Made by a program: the position numbers and the translations under genes. From IMG/VR virus record IMGVR_UViG_3300019784_002254, positions 1 through 32,534 of that record: a stretch of 32,534 bases of DNA. The stretch is one strand, 5' to 3'. Shown here one piece after another: positions 1-8,355 of the stretch. A model generated the notes under the pieces. The model was not told the DNA's origin and made no database searches. It was given only the letters and a program-made list of their open reading frames with translations. The first letter of the stretch is position 1. Every line of letters starts with the position of its first letter. The DNA comes from a virus (lineage: Duplodnaviria > Caudoviricetes).

Positions 1-54
1 GATACGATTAATCCAACCCCAACAAGTAATGTTTTTGTTTTCCAATTCCAAAGT

Positions 55-1218
55 TTACTTATTTTTTTTGTAGTCTTCAAGGCAAGATTTAAATTTAGAT
101 TTATCATCACCTTCTTTTGTAGGAACACATTTTTTTAAGAACTCATTGAATTTTTCACCTTCAATGGTCATCATTTTTTTGTATTCTTCGTCTGCTTCTA
201 TTTGATATTTTTCATTATAAGAAGCTTTTACTAATTGAATTTCTGTTTTACCAAGCATGTCACCTTTTTTCCAAGATGATCCATCATTTGTGCATTCGTA
301 CATAACTGCATATCCCATGTTTTCTGGTAGATCACGAATTTCTTTAACGATTCCTTCGCTACCATAATGCTTGCATTCTGCGTTCACATTTTTAACTTTG
401 TCACCAACTTTAAACATCATTGAAGCGCTTGATTCTTCATTTTCTTTATTAAACATTACATAGTTGTGAATAGTAATCATGTAGTCTTCTGCAAGAATTG
501 CCATTTGTTGTAAGAATGGTTCTGTAAGATTTTCTTTAACCATTGGATCATTTAATTTTTCAATTACATTTTTTGAATGTTGATATATAGAGTTAATTGA
601 ACCAACTATCATACCATAAAAATCTTCTTTGTAATCTTGTAGTTCTTCTTCTGGAGACTCCATTTCTTCTACATTATGTAAGTCGGCTGTCATTAATTCA
701 TTCTGATCAAATTCTGTTTCGCCATCCCACTCGTATTGTTCGTTAGAGTAATCTTCTGCTTGAGCTTTTTTAAGCGCTTCTGGAGTTGGGCGATCTTTTG
801 AACCAGGTTTAGCTGGTTTATAATTTTTGCCCATTCTTTTTTTCTTTTGCTGAATGTTGTACCAAAGACCTTTACTCTTAGCTTGAACGTCTATTTCAAA
901 ATTAACCTCTTCTTCACTTCCAGTAATTTTACTAACTGGTTTTGCACTCCACATTTTGCAACTCCAATAATTGGCTTTATATTTTGGACCAGGATTATCG
1001 CAACCATGTCTTGATCTATATGCTTTGCGTCTTTCTGGATTGTCTCTTTTAATAGACATATTTGGATCGCCAAAAGTAACTTTTACAATATTACCTTTAT
1101 CATTCTTTACATAAACGCCAAATTTCTTTTTGCTTCCAGAGGGAAGACGAAATGGTTTATTAAGTGGCGCTTTGCCTTTTTTTGCTGCTAGTATATCTTT
1201 TGAAAAATCGATTTCCAT
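55..1218 (-). CDS. Multi-domain phage protein, probably late/virion-associated
   Basis: ORF track 55..1359. The real start is probably MEIDFSK (ATG 1218), 14 nt after a GTGTAA motif (1233-1238); the extra N-terminus overlaps the upstream gene. Contains the common phage motif FGDPNMSIKRDNPERRKAYRSRHGC...ANYWSCKMW. Confidence 0.7.
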   Translation of the reverse strand: MEIDFSKDILAAKKGKAPLNKPFRLPSGSKKKFGVYVKNDKGNIVKVTFGDPNMSIKRDNPERRKAYRSRHGCDNPGPKYKANYWSCKMWSAKPVSKITGSEEEVNFEIDVQAKSKGLWYNIQQKKKRMGKNYKPAKPGSKDRPTPEALKKAQAEDYSNEQYEWDGETEFDQNELMTADLHNVEEMESPEEELQDYKEDFYGMIVGSINSIYQHSKNVIEKLNDPMVKENLTEPFLQQMAILAEDYMITIHNYVMFNKENEESSASMMFKVGDKVKNVNAECKHYGSEGIVKEIRDLPENMGYAVMYECTNDGSSWKKGDMLGKTEIQLVKASYNEKYQIEADEEYKKMMTIEGEKFNEFLKKCVPTKEGDDKSKFKSCLEDYKKNK

Positions 1219-1243
1219 ATTGTTTAATATAGTTACACTATTT

Positions 1244-1735
1244 TTACGCGGCGGTGATGGTGATGGCGGGAGACCAGTCAGTTGTGGGTATGGTGGTTGG
1301 GTCAGTAGATGGATTTGTAAATAAAGCGCGGGTACCCAGAATGTTGTAAATGTTTTCATACAGAACCCAGCTTGATTGAGTGCCTATCTCCGAATTTAAT
1401 CCTGATTTGTTATTAGGAGCAATTAGTTCAGTGGTTCTATAAATATTATTTACAGTATAAGCTCCTTCGTAATTCCTATTTGGGCCAACAGGAAAATTGT
1501 CCTCATAATAATTCCCGTCGCCATCAAAGTTGCCCACGGTAATAGTATCATTCGCTGGTTGCCTTGTTAGGGCACGAGGCGTGTCTCCAGTGCGACCAGC
1601 AATCGAAAGATTTATTGTATTTGCACCATCTACAACAATCCCAGCGGGTGCGGCTGAGACTATTCTTTTTATAGGAACATATAAATTTATTCCTTTTTTG
1701 AAGTTTCCTAATTGTTTTGTTTTTTTGACTATCAT
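1244..1735 (-). CDS. Hypothetical protein, paralogue of 1740..2135
   Basis: Start reassigned to MIVKKTKQLGNFK (ATG 1735), matching the neighbour's N-terminus; shared C-terminus TNPST..IPTT.WSP.ITITAA. Confidence 0.75.
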   Translation of the reverse strand: MIVKKTKQLGNFKKGINLYVPIKRIVSAAPAGIVVDGANTINLSIAGRTGDTPRALTRQPANDTITVGNFDGDGNYYEDNFPVGPNRNYEGAYTVNNIYRTTELIAPNNKSGLNSEIGTQSSWVLYENIYNILGTRALFTNPSTDPTTIPTTDWSPAITITAA

Positions 1736-1739
1736 ATAA

Positions 1740-2135
1740 TTACGCGGCGGTGATGGTGATGGATGGTGACCAGCCAGTTGTAGGAATAAAATTGGCATTA
1801 GTGGATGGATTTGTGTATGTCGAGAAATCCCAAGTTTCCAGACAGCCATTAAACGGCCCATATTTATATGACCAGCTTCCACCAGAAAACTCTAATTGTC
1901 CTTGTTCTCCGTAACTACGGGTTTGATCGTTGCCACAATCTTCATAGTCAATAATTATTTGGCCAGAGAAAAGTGTGCTTGATTGCTTGCCTAAAGTAAA
2001 ACTATTAACAGAAATAGAGTTCGTACTCGCCACAGGAATCCCGCTAGGTGCGGGTGGAACTATTCTTTTTTTAGGAACATATAAATTAATTCCTCTTTTG
2101 AAGTTCCCGAGTTGTTTGGTTTTCTTGACTATCAT
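1740..2135 (-). CDS. Hypothetical protein, paralogue of 1244..1735
   Basis: 131-aa ORF with the same N- and C-terminal modules. Confidence 0.75.
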   Translation of the reverse strand: MIVKKTKQLGNFKRGINLYVPKKRIVPPAPSGIPVASTNSISVNSFTLGKQSSTLFSGQIIIDYEDCGNDQTRSYGEQGQLEFSGGSWSYKYGPFNGCLETWDFSTYTNPSTNANFIPTTGWSPSITITAA

Positions 2136-2155
2136 ATAGTCAATATAAAGTTAAA

Positions 2156-2497
2156 TTAACTTCTTTCCCAGCAAATATAACTTGAATTCACTCCACTAAC
2201 ACTAACTATTCCTACATAATTAAGATCACTTAAACTTCCACCATCACCACCTCCAGAAACAGTACTTGAAGCTAGAACAAAATTAAATGAATTACTAGCA
2301 GCAGAAGCTCCGTATTTCACATAAAGATTGCCGCTTTGTAAATTTTGAATAAAAAGTTCTTCGCGGTTAGCATTTGCTTCTAAAACTGTTCCGTTTGTTC
2401 CACTTACTGTAAAATTAGATATTGGGTCTGCTGGAGTAGCGTCGTAATCTAAATTTATTCTTTTTTCAGAAGCATCTGTTGTTGTGAGATTAGACAT
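2156..2497 (-). CDS. Putative small virion structural/decoration protein
   Basis: S/G/N-rich; ANANREELFIQNL...YVKYGA...WERS is shared with 2550..3050; GTGTAA at 2509-2514. Confidence 0.6.
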   Translation of the reverse strand: MSNLTTTDASEKRINLDYDATPADPISNFTVSGTNGTVLEANANREELFIQNLQSGNLYVKYGASAASNSFNFVLASSTVSGGGDGGSLSDLNYVGIVSVSGVNSSYICWERS

Positions 2498-2549
2498 ATT
2501 AAATATAATTACACATCAAATATAAAAATTGATATTATATTATATTAGA

Positions 2550-3050
2550 TTAAGTTCTTTCCCAAGCAATAAAGCTGGGATTATTTGTAACGCCAGTTGT
2601 TGTAACTATTCCAGTGTAAGATGAATCTGTATAAACATTGTATGTTCCAGTAAGACTAATGTTATAAGATGATAATGTTGGAGCTGCTCCTAATTTTACA
2701 AACAAACCAACTGGTCCTAGATTTTGAATGTAAAGTTCTTTTCTATTTGCGTTTGCTGCGACAGCTGTTCCGTGAGCAGTAGCTAGTGTGCTATTTGAGA
2801 TTGTTGATCCTTTTAATGGTACAACTGTAACTGAATCAGTTGCTGAACTCAAATCAAATTGATTAACATTAATTGAACTACTTTGTAGAATATTTAAAAT
2901 TCCACTAGCATAAGCTTCAGTATCGTTTACTTTGCTAAAATCAAATGGAACTCCACTTTGTCCAATGTCACTATTATTAACTAGAATAGTAGATTGATCC
3001 GACCAGCGGTTTGGATCGTTTCTGTCTACAGTGTTTGATGATATGCTCAT
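2550..3050 (-). CDS. Putative virion structural protein, paralogue of 2156..2497
   Basis: ANANRKELYIQNL...FVKLGA...WERT; GTGTAT at 3060-3065. Confidence 0.6.
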   Translation of the reverse strand: MSISSNTVDRNDPNRWSDQSTILVNNSDIGQSGVPFDFSKVNDTEAYASGILNILQSSSINVNQFDLSSATDSVTVVPLKGSTISNSTLATAHGTAVAANANRKELYIQNLGPVGLFVKLGAAPTLSSYNISLTGTYNVYTDSSYTGIVTTTGVTNNPSFIAWERT

Positions 3051-3064
3051 ATATTATATATACA

Positions 3065-3616
3065 CTATTTTTTAATTAAATTGATAAAATTTATCATTTG
3101 ATCTTTTGTGAAATCATTTTTCATAACATTAATACAATAACATACAAACTCAACATTACCTTTGATATATCCTATGTTTGGATCAATTCTATCAAGACTT
3201 AATTTAGTTGGGCTTTTTTTAATATCTTCATCTTGAGAAGACCTTGGTATTTCCATCTTGATTCTTGTATATGTACATAAACCGTTTTGGTTATCATACG
3301 TTTCTTTAAGATACTCTAAAGTTAAGTCTGTCTCTCCTCCCTTTTCCTTGCTCCTTGATCTAGCTTTATTTAAAGAATATTTAAAAGGACTATATTCATC
3401 TAGTCTATTAGCTTCGTGACCTTTTAATAAACTAATATTACCTTTGTTTTTTTCTAGTTTACTTGGGTTGTTTTTATAATCAGCTTTTCCAGAACATTTT
3501 AAACTACAATAAAATTTATTTTGCCCAGCTTTAATTTTTCTATTATAATCGCCCAATCTTATTTCATGTGCTTTATTACAAGTAGCACAAACTATTTTTG
3601 TCTTTTTTATGTTCAT
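3065..3616 (-). CDS. HNH-type (His-Me finger) endonuclease with N-terminal zinc finger
   Basis: CATC and YCSLKCS Zn motifs; SLDRIDPNIGYIKGNVEFVCYCINVMK is typical of free-standing phage HNH nucleases. Confidence 0.75.
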   Translation of the reverse strand: MNIKKTKIVCATCNKAHEIRLGDYNRKIKAGQNKFYCSLKCSGKADYKNNPSKLEKNKGNISLLKGHEANRLDEYSPFKYSLNKARSRSKEKGGETDLTLEYLKETYDNQNGLCTYTRIKMEIPRSSQDEDIKKSPTKLSLDRIDPNIGYIKGNVEFVCYCINVMKNDFTKDQMINFINLIKK

Positions 3617-3684
3617 GTAAAGATTGTATACTACTAAAATATAATTGTCTAATAAAAAATGCAGACAGGGAGATTCGTTTTACT

Positions 3685-4070
3685 TGGACGCGGAGGAAGT
3701 TGAATCCTCGTCTTTTAAAAATCCAAATTAAAATACTACAAGTTTAGCTCTTTTTATTTTTAGCTTTGTATAGATAAAGAACAAACATACTCAGCGAGTT
3801 TATTTTTGATATTGAATATAAAAAGAATAAAAAAACTTTTTATGCTCAAACATCTAATTACGCAACTATCCAATAGATGTGTCAAGGTAGTCACGCTGTA
3901 ACTTAAGCTACAGAAGCGGTCAACTCAACAAGAGAAACTCTTGCTGAAATATGACCTTTATATTTTGCTGTTTTGGCAGTTGATATAAATGAAACTTTTT
4001 AAGGAGTCCTCGATTCAACCTCCACTTGCATTTTAATTCATATCTCTAAAATCGAAACCAGTACGCGCCC
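3685..4070 (-). ncRNA. ssrA: tmRNA (phage-encoded)
   Basis: 5' GGGCGCGUACUGGUUUCGA; 3' GACGAGGAUUCAACUUCCUCCGCGUCCA. Acceptor stem GGGCGCG/CGCGUCC has G3.U70 and A73; T-arm GAGGA-UUCAACU-UCCUC; tag frame 3977..3903 AKTAKYKGHISARVSLVELTASVA*. CCA not encoded. Confidence 0.93.
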
Positions 4071-4098
4071 AATGTTAAAGAACTAATCTAGCTTACAC
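4068..4098 (-). promoter_or_regulatory. GTGTAA promoter motif plus boxA-like element of tmRNA
   Basis: GTGTAA (4098-4093), 9 nt, GTTCTTTAACA (4083-4073), which resembles the boxA consensus TGCTCTTTAACA. Confidence 0.6.
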
Positions 4099-4099
4099 A

Positions 4100-4315
4100 T
4101 TATAAAGCTTTTAATAATCTTTGGCAATCTTTTTTATAAACAAATTTAAATTTAATTCTTGAACCATTAAGATCTGATATTAATTGAGATACTGCTATGC
4201 ATGGATATTCCTCTGGATTATCATAAATAATAAAATTATTAACATTGTAATACTTCGCGCACTTATATGCATAAGCTTCCCATCTTGCTTTATTTTTAAC
4301 TATTTCCATTTCCAT
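4100..4315 (-). CDS. Hypothetical protein
   Basis: 71-aa ORF co-oriented with neighbours. Confidence 0.55.
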   Translation of the reverse strand: MEMEIVKNKARWEAYAYKCAKYYNVNNFIIYDNPEEYPCIAVSQLISDLNGSRIKFKFVYKKDCQRLLKAL

Positions 4316-4331
4316 CTATTATAAATAAAAT

Positions 4332-4360
4332 TTGACAAAAAAACAAGATTAATGTACTAT
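4332..4360 (+). promoter_or_regulatory. Sigma70-type promoter driving the ncRNA
   Basis: TTGACA (4332-4337)-17 nt-TACTAT (4355-4360); no ORF follows. Confidence 0.7.
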
Positions 4361-4366
4361 TACATA

Positions 4367-4700
4367 TACATAGTTCCCAATTAGAGCAGTTTGTTGATGT
4401 CAAACAATCAACTATCAATCCCTGAGATAGCAATGTCATAAGGGCTGACAACTATTAAAACCTTCGTTTGTACATAATATGGCTAAAGAAGGAAATGTAG
4501 CTATAGGCATCGCAGAATGTAGTGATCGAAGCTACCTCTGATCCATAAGTGCGATGGCCCATTCACCGCTGAGATCGTGGTGAAATTTGGAGTCAAAAGA
4601 AAAGTTGGATTGATAATACTTAACTTCAGATATACGATATTTGGAGGTAAAGCCCTTTTGGATATCAAAGAAAAGTTAAATAATTAAGAAGAGAACTATA
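4367..4700 (+). ncRNA. Unassigned highly structured RNA (~330 nt)
   Basis: No ORF of 60 aa or more in the track; closing helix ATAGTTC(4370-76)/GAACTAT(4693-99); TATCAATCC/GGATTGATA; CATCGCA/TGCGATG; TTCACCGC/GTGGTGAA; TTAACTT/AAGTTAA; GCAA tetraloop hairpin. Confidence 0.7.
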
Positions 4701-5216
4701 TTAGAACCATACTTCATTATGTATAATTCTTAATACTTTAATCCAATCTTTAAGATGTTCTGATATATGTATTTTGTCTGAATTTTCAAAACCATTTTTA
4801 GCTATATTATAATAAGTATTTTCTGATGGATAAGCTCGTCTTGGTCGATTTAAATTCTTATAGAAAAAACCTAAAAATACAAGTAATGATTTGGCAGTAT
4901 CCTCATCATGTTTAAATTCAAATATAGATTTCTTTACAATAGGTTCACCAATTAAATCATAGAATTTCAAACCGACTGCTTCTGAAACATACTCTTTTTC
5001 TTCAAAACTATATTTTAAATCTTTACTATATTTTATAATAGTTATTTCTGCAAATACTGGAAAACTTATGTCTATAATTCCATCTATATTATCTTCGGAA
5101 ATTTTATTTAATATTTCTGGTAAACATTCTGGATCTTGAATCAGTAAAAAAGTTTTTTCTGGTGATAAATTTAATTTCTTGGCAAAAAAATCAATATCCC
5201 GATCTGAAACAATCAT
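4701..5216 (-). CDS. Hypothetical protein
   Basis: 171-aa ORF; CTGTAA variant motif just upstream. Confidence 0.7.
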   Translation of the reverse strand: MIVSDRDIDFFAKKLNLSPEKTFLLIQDPECLPEILNKISEDNIDGIIDISFPVFAEITIIKYSKDLKYSFEEKEYVSEAVGLKFYDLIGEPIVKKSIFEFKHDEDTAKSLLVFLGFFYKNLNRPRRAYPSENTYYNIAKNGFENSDKIHISEHLKDWIKVLRIIHNEVWF

Positions 5217-5249
5217 ATTAACTATTACAGTTAATTTATTTAAATTATA

Positions 5250-7970
5250 TTAATATATTGGAATAGATCCACTGTTTTGCATTAAAGTATAATTAATATG
5301 TTCAGATTTTCTAGAGAAATCATTTGTTTTAACTAAAAAGCTTCCAGTAAATACTGGGATATTATATTTTGTAAATTTAGTATTATCTGAAGAAATTTGA
5401 TTGATACTGTTAATTTTATTTCCAGCGTGAGCACTATGTCTATCTCCATAGTACAGATTAGATGGAATTAGATTTGTATTTATCGTATGTGTATCAATAT
5501 CTCCAGTTCTTATTTTACTAATTGCATTTCCATTGTATGGGAATAATCCAGATCCATATGTAGTTAATCCAGTATAAAAATAAAATCCTGTATATCCTGT
5601 ATAAGTATTCAAATAATAAGTATTATTTGCTTCTAAGAATAATTCTGGATATAATCTATTATCTATTGTATATGCTATTTTTATTCCAGTTCTAGCTACT
5701 CTATCTCCAGAAGGAATAAAGTTAAAATTAGGTATAGTTCTTCTAAATACAAATTTATTTTTATCAGATACTAGATTTTGCCCCGTCAAGTTAAAATATC
5801 CAGATATTGGATTTTGTTTAACTGAGAACCAACTAATATCATAAGCGTCTTCATTTACTTTAAATTTTATTAATCTATAATTACCACTTACTTGATTAAA
5901 GTTTGGTTGTACTATTTTTACTTCAGAAATATCTCCTTTTACTGCAAATGGTAATTCATTTGTTTTATCGCATTGTACAAAATTGTATGTATATCCCCTT
6001 TTAAGATAAAGAGTATTAATATTTTTATAAATAAAACCACCAGTTAATTGAGTTTCAACTTTATAGGTATTTGTTCCACTGAATAAAGAATAATATTCTT
6101 GTTTTAAATCAGTGGTATCAAATGTTGGCATTCTTTCATTTCTTATTTTAAACAATAAATCCAATTGAACTGCGCCAGTTAATGGATTAAATCCATTCTT
6201 AGTATTAGAAACTTGTCCATTAACATCAAATAATCCAGAGTATGCAATCAAATATCTAAGATATTGTTGCTCAGTATTTAATATAGTAATATGAGAATCT
6301 TCTTGTTCATCTAAATCTATAATACTTTCTCCATATATATCTGGAAAAGATCTAATTCCAGAATCATATTTTGTACGCAAAATTGTTCTTTGAGGAGCAA
6401 GATTAGATCCACTAGAATAAACTGTTAATCCAAAAATAGACGTATTTAGATTCTCAAGAGATCCATTAGAATTTAAAACTAATTGTCCATTTAAATTATA
6501 GTTTATTGAATTTCCAGTTTTTGCTAAAACAGAGATCTTATCTCCTTTTGTTGCTGCGTAATAATAATCATCAAATAAAATTTTAGTATTATTATCTACT
6601 ACGTAAGAATTAACTGGAATATAGGTATCTTTAGTCATGAAATTTAAAAATCCATTAACTAATTTAGTGCCAGTAACATCATTTAATATGATTGCTCCTG
6701 TTTTTAAATATACTTTAGATCCGTTAGGAAGAGAAGCACTTAAAGATCCAGTTTGACTAAAATAATGATTATAATTAATATCAATAGCACTATTTTTTCC
6801 TACTGTATAGTATCTAACTAACTCCCCACTATTTGGATGATTATTAGGATAGTAGAAATTACTAGTTTTATAATCTAAATCATTAATATCTAACATGCTA
6901 GTATCGCTAACACTAACATAAAAATTTCTAGGAGTATCACCAGTATTTGCTACTGAGAAATATTTATTTGCATTATGATTTAATACTCCAGAATTATTTA
7001 TTATAAAATTATTATTATAAAATTTAAATATACCAGTATTATTTTTTTGAAAATATGGACCATATGCTAAAGATGAAGTTTTTGGAGCTGTTCCAGTTGG
7101 AAGCCAATTTATATTACCAGAAAAAACAAATATTCTATATTTAATTTCATCCCTGTCTCTATATGCATATGGATTATCATAATAAGCATTCTTTGCTCCT
7201 AGTAAATTTGTATAAACAAAAGAGCATCTATTTTTAACACACCAATCTAAATCAGGAATATTATCTTGAAAGTAAAGTTTATTATAAGCAATTTTTTTTC
7301 CAGTCTCTATTGATTCTAATCCACTTATTTTAAAATTTGCAAATCCAGTAGTTGCTCCAAAATTAATCAACTCCTGTCTAGACCAATAGTTTCTGCCCAT
7401 GCTTGCGATTTGATATCCACTGTGATCTTGTAATTCATAAATATTTTTATAAGGAGATACAAATGGAGCAGAGGTAGGATCATTATCTACAACATATCCG
7501 CATATTCTAAATTTTGTACCTTTCGATAGACCTTTAGGATATTCATCATATTCTCCATAAGGGTATCCGCCAGAAATACTAAAATCTGCAATTATACTTC
7601 TATCTAAACAATATCCTTGTCTTCCTGCACTTGAGTAAGGAATTGTTCCAGAAGGATAAAATGTTTGAGCAAATCTTATTCTTAATCCAGTAGATTTGTA
7701 ATTTTTAAGCCAACCAGATTCATACCATTTTCCATAATAGTTATCTTTTCTATTATTTAATAATTCATTAATATACCGAGTATTATCTCTTTTAGATATC
7801 AATTCACCTACATTTGTTTTGCTAGATTCTACTATATAATTCATGCCAGAAGACAAATAATCTCTATCTACATAAGTATAGTATATATCATCTACTGATG
7901 CAGCCAAATCCAATTGCATCGGAGTAGTTGATGCACTAAAAGATTTTCTTGTTCCACTAGTTTTATTCAT
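5250..7970 (-). CDS. Large putative virion structural protein (906 aa)
   Basis: N/Y/S/T/G-rich with frequent SG/TG dipeptides, beta-rich composition; no enzyme motifs recognised. Confidence 0.6.
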   Translation of the reverse strand: MNKTSGTRKSFSASTTPMQLDLAASVDDIYYTYVDRDYLSSGMNYIVESSKTNVGELISKRDNTRYINELLNNRKDNYYGKWYESGWLKNYKSTGLRIRFAQTFYPSGTIPYSSAGRQGYCLDRSIIADFSISGGYPYGEYDEYPKGLSKGTKFRICGYVVDNDPTSAPFVSPYKNIYELQDHSGYQIASMGRNYWSRQELINFGATTGFANFKISGLESIETGKKIAYNKLYFQDNIPDLDWCVKNRCSFVYTNLLGAKNAYYDNPYAYRDRDEIKYRIFVFSGNINWLPTGTAPKTSSLAYGPYFQKNNTGIFKFYNNNFIINNSGVLNHNANKYFSVANTGDTPRNFYVSVSDTSMLDINDLDYKTSNFYYPNNHPNSGELVRYYTVGKNSAIDINYNHYFSQTGSLSASLPNGSKVYLKTGAIILNDVTGTKLVNGFLNFMTKDTYIPVNSYVVDNNTKILFDDYYYAATKGDKISVLAKTGNSINYNLNGQLVLNSNGSLENLNTSIFGLTVYSSGSNLAPQRTILRTKYDSGIRSFPDIYGESIIDLDEQEDSHITILNTEQQYLRYLIAYSGLFDVNGQVSNTKNGFNPLTGAVQLDLLFKIRNERMPTFDTTDLKQEYYSLFSGTNTYKVETQLTGGFIYKNINTLYLKRGYTYNFVQCDKTNELPFAVKGDISEVKIVQPNFNQVSGNYRLIKFKVNEDAYDISWFSVKQNPISGYFNLTGQNLVSDKNKFVFRRTIPNFNFIPSGDRVARTGIKIAYTIDNRLYPELFLEANNTYYLNTYTGYTGFYFYTGLTTYGSGLFPYNGNAISKIRTGDIDTHTINTNLIPSNLYYGDRHSAHAGNKINSINQISSDNTKFTKYNIPVFTGSFLVKTNDFSRKSEHINYTLMQNSGSIPIY

Positions 7971-7979
7971 ATAACGTTT

Positions 7980-8090
7980 AGTCCTGTTTTTCTCTATCTG
8001 GTTGGTAGGTCTAGACTCATCGCTGTCCTAGCGGACTTGATGAAAAACCTTATTAGATAGATGTATCGTCGACTTCTGTGTCAACAAACT
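7980..8090 (-). ncRNA. Predicted 111-nt exon/circular RNA of the permuted group I intron
   Basis: Lies between candidate omega-G (8091) and candidate 5' splice-site U (7980). Nested helices UCUAUCU/AGAUAGA, AGGU/ACCU, UCAUC/GAUGA, GUCC-GCUA-GGAC and hairpin UUGUUGAC/GUCGACGA. Confidence 0.45.
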
Positions 8091-8355
8091 CAACCTTCTC
8101 ATTTTTGTTATTTTTTTCTTTTTTAATAGAAAAACTCAATATTACTACTGAGATCGGACTATATCTTGCTTACTAGCTTTCGCTAATAAGACTGGGCGCT
8201 CGTGTCTCTGTTATTGTTACGGTAACTCAAGAGTTAGTCTCTACACCTTCTTACTTCATTTTTTTACCGTGAAGTAAGCTTGGCTCGGTATTGTCCACGC
8301 TTTTATGAATAATAAACGTGGGTTTCCACCGAATTCACCCAGTGGGACCACTTGT
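8091..8355 (-). ncRNA. Group I intron ribozyme core (IA-like), free-standing and ORF-less
   Basis: P3 CUGGGUG(8342-36)/CGCCCAG(8198-92); P AAUUCGGUGGAA; Q AAUACCGAGCC; R GUAGAGACUA(8244-35); S AAGAUAUAGUCC(8167-56); P5, P6a, P7.1 extension, P8 with GAAA loop, P9 with GUAA loop. Confidence 0.9.

Noticed and set aside
891-1739. Short ORFs 891..1073, 1130..1324, 1530..1739 and the N-terminal extensions of 55..1359 and 1244..1882
   Set aside because: Shadow or overlapping frames of better-supported genes.
1244-2135. Diversity-generating retroelement TR/VR pair
   Set aside because: No reverse transcriptase in the window and differences are not confined to adenines.
4367-4700. RNase P RNA or group II intron
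   Set aside because: No GAGGAAAGUCC/P4 consensus and no domain V motif.
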